Below are positions 31,290-43,187 of a stretch of 64,000 bases of DNA, in pieces (the first letter of the stretch is position 1; each line of letters begins with the position of its first letter). Made by a program: the position numbers and the translations under genes. The notes under the pieces are model-generated. The model saw nothing but the letters and a program-made list of their open reading frames with translations, was not told the DNA's origin and made no database searches. Location of the stretch: assembly GCA_963849325.1 (NCBI GenBank), contig CAWKHF010000006.1:448001-512000 (forward strand), written 5' to 3'. This stretch comes from an uncultured Planctomycetota bacterium. GTDB taxonomy: Bacteria > Planctomycetota > Planctomycetia > Gemmatales > Gemmataceae.

Positions 31290-32079
31290 TTGATCCCGGA
31301 GCGACTGGTCCCTGGTACGCTGGAGTGGCGAGCTGTACCACCATGAACACGAGCAGCGCTACCGTTTCTTCGCCGAGCGTTACGTGGGCCTCGACGTGCT
31401 CGACGCGGCGTGCGGCGTGGGCTACGGCTCCGCCCTCATCGCCCGCGCCGGCGCCAAGTCGGTGCTCGGCATCGACATCGACCCGCGGACCATCGCCTAC
31501 GCCGGCGAGCACTTCGCCCGCCCCCGCGTTGGCTTCACCGAGGTCGCCGCCGAGCAACTCACGCAGCTGGGTCGGACCTTCGACGTGGTGGTCAGCTTCG
31601 AGACGATCGAGCACCTGCATGAGCCGGCGCGCTTTCTCGCCGAGGTCCGCCGTGTCCTGCGGCCGGGCGGCCTCTTCATCTGCAGCACACCCAACCGCGA
31701 CTTCGCCGGCAAGGAGGAGAAGAACGCCAATCCCTACCATCTATCCGAGATGAGCTTCGCGGAGTTGATCGAGGCGTTCTCGTTGCACTTCGACATTGAG
31801 GAGCAGTATCACCAGTCGCACTCGGAAGGCTACCGCCGTCACCTGCAGCTGGTCGAAGAAGTGAACCGTCTGTCGCAACGAGTGCGCCACAGCAAACTGC
31901 TCGGTCTGGAGAACTGGCTGCGGCGGCTGCTGGGCAAGCAGCCGTGGCCGTTGGACCCCCTCGCCGACGACCTGTCGCGGGTCGTGCCGGGCGATTACGT
32001 CATCGAACCTCTGGAGAACGCCCAGCCATCGCACCTGGTCTTCATTCTCGTGGGCCGAAAAAAAAGTTCTGAGTTCTGA
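31290..32079 (+). CDS. Class I SAM-dependent methyltransferase (frameshift near 31330)
   Basis: ERLVP...EHEQRYRF, VLDAACGVGYGS, FDVVVSFETIEH, STPNR. Confidence 0.88.
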
Positions 32080-32170
32080 GTTCTGAGTTCTGAGTGAAAA
32101 CAAATTCCGAACTTCTTTCCTCAGAACTCAGAACTCAGAACTCAGAACTCAGAACTCAGAACTCAGAACT
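32066..32170. repeat. Inverted heptamer tandem array (GTTCTGA)x4 / (TCAGAAC)x7
   Basis: Directly visible; can fold into a long hairpin. Confidence 0.9.
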
Positions 32171-32175
32171 GACGA

Positions 32176-33369
32176 ATGCGTCCCCTGCACATTTGCTTTG
32201 TGTCGCAAGAGTATCCACCGGAGACGGGCTGGGGCGGCATCGGCGCCTACACCTATGAGATGGCCCACGGCTTGGCGCAGGCGGGCCAGCGCGTGACCGT
32301 CATTGCCCTGGCGCGAAACGGCGAGAGCGTGACTCGCGGCGGCGGGGTCGAAGTCCATCGCGTTCCGCACGGACCCCAATGGGATCGCCGCCGTGTCCTG
32401 TGGCGGCTCAACCGCTTCTGGCCGGGGTTCGCCTGGGCCGCCGCTCGCCGCCTCCGCGAAATCCATGCCGGCGACGCCGTGGACGTCGTCGAGGCGGCCG
32501 AATGTCGGGCGGACAGTCTCTTTCTTCCCCTGCTTCGCCGCGGCCCGCGCGTGATCGTCCGTCTGCATACAGCCTGGATTTTCGTGGACCGAATGAACGG
32601 TATTGTCCCGGATCGGCGGAAACGTCTCATCTACCTTCAAGAAGCGCTGTCCATCCGCGCCGCCGACCGCGTGACCGCTCCCAGCCGCGCCGTCATCGAT
32701 CTCACCAAAACGTGGACCCACATCGGACGAACCGAGATCGGCGTCGTGCCCAACCCGGTCAACAGCGCGACGTACAGCCCTCCGCCGGCGCCTCCTCGAA
32801 CCGAGGAAATTCTCGTCGTCGGCCGATTGGAGGTGAACAAGGGCAGTGCCGTCCTCGAACAGGCGATGCCGTTGATCCTGCGGCGCCGACCGTCCGCATC
32901 GTTCCGAATCGTTGGCAAGGACGGTACGGCCCCCTGCGGCCGATCGTGGCGACAGCGCATCCTGGACGCGCTGACGCCGGCCGAGCGGCCGCGCGTCCTT
33001 TTCGAGCAGACGAGCCGGGTGGAACTGATCGAGCGCTATCGGCAAGCCCCGCTCTGCCTTCTGCCGTCGCTGTGGGAGAATTTTCCTTACGCCGTGCTGG
33101 AGGCGATGGCCTGCGGCGTCCCAGTGGTGGCCTCCCGAACCGGCGGCGTACCCGAGCTGGTTGACGATGGCGTGACGGGGGTGCTTGTGCCCCCCTGCGA
33201 TCCCGCCGCCTTGACGGAAGCCGTGTGTTCGCTGCTGGAGGACGCCGCTCTCCGCCAGCGGATGAGCCGCGCCGCCCGCGAACGGGTGCAGGAGCGTTTC
33301 CGCGTCGAGTCGGTCGTACCGCGCATGCTCGCGGTGTACCGGGCCGTCCGCGAGGGGAGGCGATCGTGA
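32176..33369 (+). CDS. Glycosyltransferase family 4
   Basis: SQEYPPETGWGGIG, PSLWENFPYAVLEAMACG. Confidence 0.92.
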   Translation: MRPLHICFVSQEYPPETGWGGIGAYTYEMAHGLAQAGQRVTVIALARNGESVTRGGGVEVHRVPHGPQWDRRRVLWRLNRFWPGFAWAAARRLREIHAGDAVDVVEAAECRADSLFLPLLRRGPRVIVRLHTAWIFVDRMNGIVPDRRKRLIYLQEALSIRAADRVTAPSRAVIDLTKTWTHIGRTEIGVVPNPVNSATYSPPPAPPRTEEILVVGRLEVNKGSAVLEQAMPLILRRRPSASFRIVGKDGTAPCGRSWRQRILDALTPAERPRVLFEQTSRVELIERYRQAPLCLLPSLWENFPYAVLEAMACGVPVVASRTGGVPELVDDGVTGVLVPPCDPAALTEAVCSLLEDAALRQRMSRAARERVQERFRVESVVPRMLAVYRAVREGRRS

Positions 33370-34312
33370 GCGCCGCGCCGCGAATCTCGGCGATCCTTTG
33401 CACGCATAACCGGGCCGACTACCTGGAGCGCGCCTTGAAGAGCCTGGCGGAGCAATCGCTGCCGCCGGAGCAGTTCGAGGTCGTCGTGGTGGACAACGCC
33501 TCCTCGGATCGAACACTGGATGTGACGAAACAGTGGATGATACGGATGTCTAATCTACGCTATGAGCGTGAAGAACGCCTTGGTCTGTCGCAGGCGCAAC
33601 ACCGGCGCCGCGGCGAGCCGGGCGCCCTACCTGGCTTACCTCGATGACGATGCTCGTGCGGATCGAGACTGGCTGAAGCAGCTGCTTCACACCTTCGAGG
33701 AGTGTACCTCGCCCCCGCCGGCTTGCATTGGCGGGCGCGTCTGGCTGGACTGGGGAACGGCCGCGCCAGGCTGGTTGCCGGCCCGCTATTACTCCCTGTA
33801 TACCTTCGTGGATCACGGCGCGGAGGATCGTCCGTTGGGAGAAGGCGAGTACCTGGTCGGAGCGAACCTCGCCTTCCGCCGCGACGCCCTGCTCCAACTC
33901 GGCGGCTTTGATACCAACCTCGGACGGAAAGGCTCGACGCTCCTCTCCGGCGAGGAATCTGCCCTCGTCGGCCGATTGCGGGAGCATGGCCTGGCGGTCT
34001 ACTATGCCGGGCAGCGCCATGGTGTGGCACGCGGTCCCGCGGACGCGGCGGCGACGACGATGGTTGTGGGCGCGGATGTTCTGGGACGGCGCCTCGCAGC
34101 CGCTCCTCGACTCCGGCACGGGGCATCCGGCGGGACACTATCTGCGACAGGGCTATCGAGATTTGCGGCGGATGGCGCGTTTCACGCTGGAGGGTGGCCT
34201 CGCTCTCGCCGGTGGAGATCGGCCGCAATGCCTGGACAATGTCTTGCGGCTGATCCAGCGGGCCGGCCGGCTCCGCACGCACCTGCTGCTCGCCGCGGGG
34301 AGGATCCGGTGA
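33366..34312 (+). CDS. Glycosyltransferase family 2 (frameshifted)
   Basis: ILCTHNRA, VVVDNASSD, AYLDDDA, GANLAFRR, SGEE. Confidence 0.88.
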
Positions 34313-34351
34313 TCGCTCCCTTGAGAACGAGCGGACCAAAGGTGTTTGCCC

Positions 34352-34402
34352 GAGCCTGAAGCGTAAGCGAAGAGCAACCTTCTTCGCTTACGCTTCAGGC
34401 TC
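34352..34402. repeat. REP-like palindrome family A, copy 3
   Basis: Same 21-bp arms as copy 1. Confidence 0.9.
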
Positions 34403-34421
34403 GGAGGCGCGAGAGTGTCCC

Positions 34422-37047
34422 ATGCACGTCTGCTTCAACGCACTGGATTATCCCTCCGAGGCCGGCGGCGGCGGCGTCGGCAACCAGGTACGCCTCCTGG
34501 GACAGGCGCTCGTGGAGTCTGGACACCGCGTCACGGTCCTGGACGTGGCCCAGAAGGGGATGCCGGACGCCCTGGAGGATAAGGGCGTCCGCGTCCGCCG
34601 CATCCGTTGCGGCCATTGGCACTGGTATCTAACGAAAGTGCCCACCCTCGGCCGTCTCCTGGTTGCGCCCGTGCGCGAGCTGGAGCGAAGCTGGGCGGCC
34701 TGCCGAGCTATCGCCGAGCTGCATCGGGAGTCCCCGGTTGACGTGATCGAAGGCACGGAGACGGGCATGTTCTGGCTCCCTTTTTGGATGCCGCGACTCT
34801 CTTATGTCGTCCGTCTGCACGGTGAACCGTACACCTTCCGCAAGTATACTCCCGGCGCGCGGTTGTCCCTCGGTCTGCGCCTGTGCCGTCTGCTGCAGCG
34901 CGTACCCCTCCGCCGCGCTCGGCTCCTCATCTCTCCCAGCCGCGCCCATGCCGCCGAAATCGCCCGAGAACTGGGGTCAATCCACCCTCCCTTTGAGGTC
35001 GTTCCCAATGTGCTCGCACCGTGTCTGATCGAGGCCGGGCGAACCGAACGTGTCCCGTCCTCGGCGCCGGCCATCAAGGGGCGGATCGTGCTGTATGCCG
35101 GACGCCTGGAGCACGGCAAGGGCATTCTCCCTCTGCTCGAAGCGGCGACGGAAGTGCTGCGAACGGTGCCGGACGCTCATTTCGTCCTCGCGGGGACGCG
35201 GCATCCGGAACTCCCGGCCGAAGAGCTGGAGTCGGCGCGGAAGCGTGTGTCCTGTGCGGAGCGGATTCATTTCCTCGGCCACGTACCCTGGCAGGAGTTG
35301 CTCGGCTGGTATCGCCGCGCCGCCGTCTGCACGCTGCCGTCTTTCTACGAGACGTTCGGCCTGGCCGCGCTGGAGCCGATGGCCCTCGGCGTGCCTGTCG
35401 TCGCCACGCGAGCGGCGGGATTGCCCGAGATAGTCGAGGATGGCGTGTCCGGCCTTCTCGTTCCGCCCGGCGACTCCGCCGCCCTGGCCCGAGCGATCAC
35501 CCGCCTGTTGATCGATCCCGAGATGGGCCGGCGCATGGGAGAAGAAGGGCGGAAACGCGCGTTCGAGCGTTTCTCGATGGCACGCCATGTCAACACGAAC
35601 CTGGAGTTGTGGCAGTGGGTCGCCGAGACGGGCGGGCCGTCCGTCGCGCCGCGGGAGCACCTTTTCTTCTCGCCGCACCTGGACGACGCCGTGCTGTCTT
35701 GCGGCGGGCTGATTCACGCGGCCGTCGCTCGCGGTGAGAGGGTGCGAGCCATCACCGTCTTCGCGGGCATCGCCAAACGGCCGCCGCTGTCGGCCTTCGC
35801 TCGCCACCTGCACCACAAATGGCGGTTGTCGGACTCGTCCGCGGCGCGGCTGGAGGAAGACCGCAATTCCTTCCGTCTCCTGGGCGTTGCCGACGTCGAG
35901 CACTGGGAGCTGTTGGAGGCGCCGTATCGGAACAACGCGGCGGGCCAGCCTCTTTACTGCAGCTACGAAGACCTGAAGGAGCGTCCGGTCGCGGCCGACC
36001 TGCCGCTGATCGATGACCTGGTAGCGCGGGTCCGCCAGAGTGCGCCGGTCGGTCCCGCCATCCGCCGGTTGTACTTCCCCCTGGCCCTCGGGGGGCACGT
36101 GGACCACCGATTGTTATTCCAGGTCGGGCTGCGTCTGCGTGCGGACGGCTGGGACGTCCGTTTCTACGAGGATTGGCCCTACGCGGAGTCCTACCAGCTC
36201 TCCCGCGCGGAGGGTTGGTTGAGCGAAACGATAGACGTTCTGCCTCGCGGCCAAGCATGATGCCGTGATGGCGTATCGCTCGCAGTTGGCCGGCCTGGGC
36301 GGCTCCGCCGTCGTCCTGCGCGATCGCCAGACGAAGTACGCTCGACACGTTGGCAATGGGCGTCCGTGCGAGCGCTACTGGTTTGCTACCTCCGCCCGCG
36401 CCGGCCGCACGATCGAGAACGCGGAAGGCACTCCGCCGGGTCCGTTCATGCCGAGGACGAAGCAAACCGCTGGCAGTACCGTTCGGCGAATCCTCTCCCT
36501 CGTCCGCGGCATCGAACTGATTCACCTGTTGCCTCCAGGGGTGGGCGATTGCCTGGACCTCAGCAGGACAGAGGACGTCCAGGCGGCGATCAATGCCCGA
36601 GGCTACCGTTGTGTTAGTACGGCAGGCACGCCGGGCCGACTGGCGGCAGTGGTGTCCTGGGAGCCGATGGGGCGATCGGTCGCCGAACAACTCATCCGGG
36701 AAGCGTTCGTCCTGCTGGAACCGGGCGGCGTCCTTGTTGGCCGACTCTCTCGGCAGGAGACAGAAGGAACGAGTTGGCCGGCGGATTACCCGGAAGAATT
36801 TCTCCGACGGCAGGGTTTTCGGGACGTACAGATGCGGCCGGGGCGGCGTGGGCCGTTTCCAAACCCTCCGCTCGCCCGGTTGAAACAACTGTTAAAAGGG
36901 ATCGGTCTCGTCGTCCGTATCGGCGCGCGTTTCGTCGGTCGGTGGCGGCGTCGGCCGTCTCCGCCGAACGAGGACGTCGTACTGGCGTTGGCCGATCACA
37001 TGATCTTCGTGGCTCGCAAGGCCGCGGTGAGATTGCCATGCACGTAG
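34422..37047 (+). CDS. GT4 glycosyltransferase fused to PIG-L family deacetylase and a degenerate methyltransferase-like C-terminal domain (frameshift near 36255)
   Basis: GT4 PSFYETFGLAALEPM; PIG-L SPHLDDAVLSCGG, GGHVDH, FYEDWPY, YRSQL, ERYW; tail with LLEPGGVLV. Confidence 0.75.
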
Positions 37048-38239
37048 GTTTTCTGACGGCGGAATCTCCCTACGACCTCAGCGGAGGCGGCGGCATTGCC
37101 GCCTACCTGCGAGCGGTGATTCCGGCCCTCGTACATGCCGGACATCGGGTCAGCGTCCTCGCCCATTCGCGTCAGGCTGCCGGCGAAACGCATCCTTGCG
37201 AGGGCGTGCGCGTCCTCCATTTCGGCCTCCCCAACCTGCACTGGTACTGTTCCCGTCTCCCCGTCCTCGGTCGTCTGCTGACCCTGCCGCTGCGCCAGCT
37301 CGAATGGTCCCGCAAGTTCTCCGCTGTCGTCGCCGAACTGATGGCGAATGACCCGGTGGACGTACTGGAGAGCCTGGAGTTGGGCGCCCTGTTTCTGGCC
37401 CATAGGTCGCGGCCGCCGTTGATCATCCGATTGCATGGCAGCGACTACACCTTCCGCAAGTACAGCGGAGAAGCGATGCCGGCGGGGTCGCGCTGGAACC
37501 ATCGTCTGGAGCAAACCATCTGGCGTCACGCCCGCGCCATTACCTCGCCGAGCCGGTTCCAGGCGCGCGAAGTGACCGAACAAATGGGCTGGCCGCCGGA
37601 ACGAGTTGACGTCATCCCCAATCCGATCGCCCCGGAAGTGCTCGCGGAAGGTCTGCGCGAGGGAGCCGACCCGCCGACGCACTCCGCCGACCCGATCGTG
37701 CTGTACACGGGCCGGTTGGCCATCGTGAAAGGCGTGGCATCGTTGCTGGCGGCGGTCCCCCTGGTGCATCGCGAATGCCCGCGAGCGCGGTTCGTGTTGG
37801 CGGGGCCGTGGCAGATGCCGGACAGGCCGGAGAAATGGGGGTTGGAGCGCAGCGACGACCTCGGCGCGCAAGCCGTGGCCTGGCTGGGGCACGTTCCCTG
37901 GCCGAAGCTGATGGACTGGTATCGCCGCGCGGCGCTGCTGGTGATGCCGTCCTTTTATGAGACGTTCGGCATCTCTTGTTTGGAGGCGATGGCTTTCGGC
38001 CTGCCGGTGGTGGCGACACGGGCCGGCGGCTTGCCGGAAGTCGTCGAGGACGGCGTGACCGGATTGCTCGTCCCGCCCGGCGATCCGCGGCCCTGGCCGA
38101 CGCCCTCTGTCGTCTGCTCGCGGACCCGGCCCGGCGCCGCCGCATGGGCCGAGCCGGACGAGAGCGCGTCGTGGCGGAATTCACGGCCGATCGCGTGGCC
38201 CGAGAGACGGTGTCCCTTTATGAACGAGTACGAAGCTGA
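37038..38239 (+). CDS. Glycosyltransferase family 4 (frameshift near 38090)
   Basis: GGGIAAY, PSFYETFGISCLEAMAFG. Confidence 0.9.
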
Positions 38240-39495
38240 CCGGCGGAGCGAAGACGCGGCAGCGGTCGGGAGACCCCTGAAGATCCTCCTGTTTCCGTCT
38301 TCCTACGCGCCCGTCCTGGGCGGGTTGCAGACGGTGGCGCAGGCCCTGGCCCGAAACCTGTCCGCACGGGGGCACTCGGTACGTGTGGTGACCAAGCGTT
38401 ATCCGCGGCAACTGCCGGAGCGCGAGATGGTCGAGGGCGTCTCCGTCGAGCGCTGGCCGCTGCTGCGGCCAAGCTGGCGGCAGCTTCGCCAGGCCCGGCC
38501 CGACCTGTTCCTGGCCTCACTTTATTACGCCCCGTCCGTCCGCAACCGCATGGAGCGCTTGCTGCGGTCGTTCCAGCCCGACGTGGTGAACGTCCATTTC
38601 CCCGACGCCCAAATCCCCTTTGTGCTCGATTTACGCCGCCGCTTTGATTTCCGCCTGGTAGTATCGCTCCACGGCCACGACGTACAGCGGTTCGCGGAGG
38701 ACGAGGAGCAGGCGCCCACCACGCGGGCCTTGCGGTCCCTCCTCCGCGAAGCCGACGCCGTCACCGCCTGCTCGCGCCATCTGCTCGACCGCGCCTGTCG
38801 TCTGGAGCCGAAGGTCCAGGCCAAGGGAACGGTGATTTACAACGGCATCGATCCCGCGCTTCCAGGATCCTGTGCCGTACCGCCATCCTCGTCCCTACAT
38901 CCTGGCCCTGGGTCGGCTGACGCGGAAAAAAGGATTCGATCTGCTCCTGGAGGCGTTGGCCCGCATCGATCCGGCGACGCATGGCGTGGATCTCGTTCTG
39001 GCCGGAACGGGCGAGGAACAGCACGCTCTGGAGGCACAGGCGCGGGAGTTGGGTTTGCGGGAGCGGGTCCATTTTTACGGGCGGGCCAGCCCGGACGAGG
39101 TCGTTTGCCTGCTCAATGGCTGTCGGTTGCTGGCGGTCCCCTCGCGGGTGGAGCCGTTCGGAATCGTCGCCCTGGAAGGGTTGGCGGCGGGCAAGCGCGT
39201 GCTGGCCACCTGCGTCGGAGGAATGGGAGAATTCCTGACGCAAATATCTTCTTCTCGATGGTCCTCGCGCGACGAAAACGAAGGCCAAGCTACCAATCCG
39301 GTGGACGCCGTGGTCGCCCTGGTGGGGCCGACGGCGGAGGAACTCGCCGAGGGGCTGCGGAAGCAACTCTCCTCCTCGGCCGAAGCCGAGATGGCGGCGC
39401 GGATGAGCCGCCGCGTTCGACAGGAGTATTCCTGGGAGCGAGTGAGCCGGCGGTACGAGGGCGTGCTCACCGGCACACCATTTATCCGAGCTTGA
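38220..39495 (+). CDS. Glycosyltransferase family 4 (frameshift near 38858)
   Basis: YAPVLGG, GRLTRKKGFD, PSRVEPFGIVALEG. Confidence 0.88.
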
Positions 39496-39586
39496 AACTT
39501 TTCGTCGATCCGCGCTTCTAAAACATCTGCTTCGACAGCCGAATCCGAGCCGGTGCGATACGGAACCGACAGAAGGGCCGAGGCGG

Positions 39587-40983
39587 ATGGCCGAGAACAC
39601 TCACCTGTTCAAGCTGCTTCTCTACGTCCTTCTCGGCTGTGCCGGCCTTTGCGCCTTCGTGCTCAGCCGAGACCGGCTGCGGAACGGCTTCTTTCTGTTC
39701 ATCTGCACGCTGGGTCTGGGTTATCGCACATTCGCGCTGACGCCGAAGCTGCGCATCATCCCCGCCGAACTGGTGCTCTGCGCTCTGGTCGTGCTGGCGC
39801 TCGGCCGATCGTCCACCCCGGCCGGCGGCCCCAGGACGATCCGTCCGCCGTGGTGGGTGCTCGTTCTGCTCCCCTTCTGGGGCCTGGCCTGGTTGACCGG
39901 ATCGGAGACCGGCTTTCCCTGGGACGCTCGTCTCGCCGAGTTCTGCAACTTCATCGTGCTCGTCCCGTTAGGTTTCGTTACGCCTGTCATCCTTTGCGCC
40001 GGGGAGAATGGCGGCCGGTGGTCCTGGCTTTACTGGGCGTAAGCACCTGGCTGGCCGGCATGGGCCTTCTCGAACACTACGTCCCCAGCGTCGCGCACGT
40101 CATCCCCGGTTTCATGGGCGATCCCAATCCCATCATCGCGGACGGCTTCAAGCGGGCGCGTTTTTCGTTCTACGGCCACCCCATCGCCGTCTTCATTTGC
40201 GCCATGGCCCTGCCCCTGTCCCTGGCGGCCTGGCGCTGGTGGCCCTCGCCGCAAAAACGATCGCTGATACTTGCCGGTGCCGCCGTGCAGCTGGCGGCCA
40301 TTTACATCAGCGGCTACCGCAGCATTTGGCTGCTCCTCGCCTTGCAGTTCGCCGTACTGGTGATCGTGCGCAAAAAGTATTGGCTGGGGATTGTCGCGCT
40401 GGTTCTGGCGCTGGCGTCCTATCAGGTGCTCCCGGAAGTCACGCGCCATCGAATCCAATCGCTCGTCCGCGTCCTGGAGGGTCGTCCGGAAGAGACGGAT
40501 ACGAGCGGCCAACATCGCTGGCACCGGGCTATGGAGGCGTTCCATTGGGCCTTGGACGATCCCGCCGGGCACGGCTGGGCCGCTTCCGGCTGGGTCCACA
40601 GCGATTTCATTCAGGTCGCCGCCAATCAGGGTCTCGTTCCGGCCATTCTTTTTCTCGGTGCCTACCTGATCGCCCTGGGGCGGCTCGGCAAGTGGAGTCG
40701 TTCGCCGGACCTGACGCCGGAGCTGGAAACGCTGCAGCTTCCTCTCTTGCTCTCCTTCGTCGCCGTGGGAGGAATTCTCCTGTATGAAGGGGTCCAGTTC
40801 CTCCCCCAGACCATTCTGCCGGTATGGCTGATGTGGTCGCTGGTGGAGGTTTGGTTGGCCCAGGCGTCCCGGACGCCGAGGACGAAACCACGCGCCGGCC
40901 GGCGTTTCTCTCGAATCTCCCGGACGCCTGCCCTCATCCAAAGAGTCAGATCGAAAGCATCCCTGGTGGGGCTTCGCCGATGA
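39587..40983 (+). CDS. O-antigen ligase/polymerase (Wzy_C-like) membrane protein (frameshift near 40000)
   Basis: Multi-TM; SGYRSIW, S...R..R, GHGW, VHSDFIQVAANQG. Confidence 0.75.
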
Positions 40984-41756
40984 CCCGGCCTCCGCTATCC
41001 GTTCTGCTGCCGACGGGCAATTGTGCGCGGACTGTCCGGGCCACGCTCGAATCCGTGAAGTGGGCCGACGAAATTCTCGTGGTGGATTCCTACAGCACCG
41101 ACGACACGCTCTCGATCTGCCGCGAGTACGGAGTGCGCGTCCTCCAGCACGAGTACGTCAACTCGGCGACGCAGAAGAACTGGGCCATCCCGCAGTGCCG
41201 GCACGAGTGGGTGCTGCAAATCGATTCCGATGAGGTGCTGTCCGCCGAGCTGCGTCAGGAAATCGAGCGGGCGGTCGCCCAGTCGCCGTCCGAGGTCCAC
41301 GCCTTCCGCATGCCGCGCCGCAACCACATGCTTGGGCGTTGGGTGCGCCACGGCGGCGTTTATCCGGATTACCAGATTCGCCTACTGCGGCGCGACCAGG
41401 CCCGCTGGCGCGAGCGCGAAGTTCACGCTCACATCCTGGTCGCCGGCCGGATCGAAACGCTCCGCCACGACCTGCTGCACTACGACATTCCCCACATCGC
41501 CAAGCCGCTGGGCAACCTCGACCGCTATACCCGTTACGAGGCCGACGAGCTGAAGAAGCAGGGCACGCGCTTCCGCTGGCATCACGTGCTGATCCGCCCG
41601 GCGGGGGCGTTCCTGTATCGCTATCTCTGGCTGCAAGGGTTCCGCGACGGCTGGCGCGGGTTGGTGATTTGTGCCTACTGGTCCATGTACGTGTTCCTGA
41701 CGCGGGCCAAGTTGTGGGAGATGGAGGAGCTTGGGTTGGAGAAGAGTCCTCGGTAG
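40980..41756 (+). CDS. Glycosyltransferase family 2 (WaaE/KdtX-like)
   Basis: VVDSYSTDDT, QKNWA, WVLQIDSDE, YPDYQIRL, GFRDG. Confidence 0.9.
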   Translation: MTRPPLSVLLPTGNCARTVRATLESVKWADEILVVDSYSTDDTLSICREYGVRVLQHEYVNSATQKNWAIPQCRHEWVLQIDSDEVLSAELRQEIERAVAQSPSEVHAFRMPRRNHMLGRWVRHGGVYPDYQIRLLRRDQARWREREVHAHILVAGRIETLRHDLLHYDIPHIAKPLGNLDRYTRYEADELKKQGTRFRWHHVLIRPAGAFLYRYLWLQGFRDGWRGLVICAYWSMYVFLTRAKLWEMEELGLEKSPR

Positions 41757-41767
41757 AGAGACCCTTA

Positions 41768-41853
41768 GTTCTGAGTTCTGAGTTCTGAGTTCTGAGTGAA
41801 GAACCATCCGCTTCTTTCTCTTCACTCAGAACTCAGAACTCAGAACTCAGAAC
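41768..41853. repeat. Inverted heptamer tandem array (GTTCTGA)x4 / (TCAGAAC)x4
   Basis: Same unit as 32066-32170. Confidence 0.9.
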
Positions 41854-41876
41854 TTTGTCGTGGGGATGGAGGAAGA

Positions 41877-43187
41877 ATGACAGCGAGCCTCGTCCGGGGC
41901 CGTGAATGTGAACCGCCGGCCGTGGACGGCCGTCGCCGGCTCGTCGTCTTTGTCACCGGCGGCGCGGCCATGGCCGGGGTCGAGTTCAACGCCATCCGTC
42001 TGGCCGAGCGGCTGGACCGCGCGCGGTGGCGGGTGGTCCTGGTCTGTCCGCAAGACGGCGACTTGCCGAACGCCTTTCGCAAGGCCGGACTCGATGTCCG
42101 CCTGCTGTCGCGCCCGCGCCTCTTTTCGACCAGCATTCCGCTGGGCCGAAAAAGACGTGTGCCGAACCCCTTCGCTTGCATCTGGGACGTGGCCGCCTTT
42201 CTGAGAGCGGCGCGCGGCCTGTCGGCCCTGCTCGCCGAGATGAAGCCGGATCTCGTGGTCACCAAGGGGCTGTTTCCGCATTTCTACGGCGGCCTGGCCG
42301 CGCGTCGCGTCGGCGTGCCCTGCCTGTGGCACGCGGAGGACTTTATCTCCGAACGCTGGGGCGGCGTTTTTCGCCGCTGTTTCGGCCTGGCGTCGCGCTG
42401 GCTGCCCACCGAGATCGCCGTCATCGGCGAGCCGATCGCCGAGCAGCTCCCCATCGCCGTCCGCAAACGAGTACGGGTCATTCATAATGGGGCCGACACG
42501 CGGACGTTCCGGCCGGGCTTCGATGGCTTGCCCATTCGCCGCGAACTGGGCATCCCGGCCGACGCCCTGGTCGTCGGACACGTCGCCCGACTGACGCCGT
42601 GGAAGGGACAGCACCATCTGATGGAAGCGTTCGCCCGGCTCGCCGGCCGTGTGCCGCGCGCCGATCTTCTGCTGGCCGGGGCGCCGGTTTTCGACAGCGA
42701 TGCCTACGCGCGGGGGTTGCAGGCGCGTGCCGTCGCCCTGGGGCTGACGGAGCGCATTCATTTCGCGGGCTATCGCCGCGACATCCTCTCGGTCCTGGCG
42801 GCGATGGACGTCCTGGCCTATCCCTCGGTCGAGAAGGACAACTGCCCCCTTTCGCTGCTGGAAGGCATGGCGGCCGGGCTGCCCGTGACAGCTTTCGACA
42901 TCCCCGGCGTCCGCCTGGTCCTGGCGGGGCCGGACGACGGCTTGCTCGTTCCCGTCGAGCGCAGCGACCTCCTCGCCGAAGCGCTGCACGCGCTTCTGAC
43001 GGACGAGGAACTGCGCCAGCGCCTGGCCATCGGCGCCCGCCGCCGCGTCGAGACGGCTTTCAGCCTGGACCTCCATGCTCGCCGCTTTGAAGAAGCGTTC
43101 CTCGATCTAATCGAGCGTCCCGAGACGCCGAAAGACCTGGCCCATGAGAGAAGCCGTGAGCAAGCGCATCCTCTTCGTTCACAATGA
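41877..43187 (+). CDS. Glycosyltransferase family 4
   Basis: VARLTPWKGQ, PSVEKDNCPLSLLEGMAAG. Confidence 0.9.
   Translation: MTASLVRGRECEPPAVDGRRRLVVFVTGGAAMAGVEFNAIRLAERLDRARWRVVLVCPQDGDLPNAFRKAGLDVRLLSRPRLFSTSIPLGRKRRVPNPFACIWDVAAFLRAARGLSALLAEMKPDLVVTKGLFPHFYGGLAARRVGVPCLWHAEDFISERWGGVFRRCFGLASRWLPTEIAVIGEPIAEQLPIAVRKRVRVIHNGADTRTFRPGFDGLPIRRELGIPADALVVGHVARLTPWKGQHHLMEAFARLAGRVPRADLLLAGAPVFDSDAYARGLQARAVALGLTERIHFAGYRRDILSVLAAMDVLAYPSVEKDNCPLSLLEGMAAGLPVTAFDIPGVRLVLAGPDDGLLVPVERSDLLAEALHALLTDEELRQRLAIGARRRVETAFSLDLHARRFEEAFLDLIERPETPKDLAHERSREQAHPLRSQ

Noticed and set aside
32066-32170. CRISPR array
   Set aside because: 7-bp tandem units without unique spacers; no cas genes in the window.
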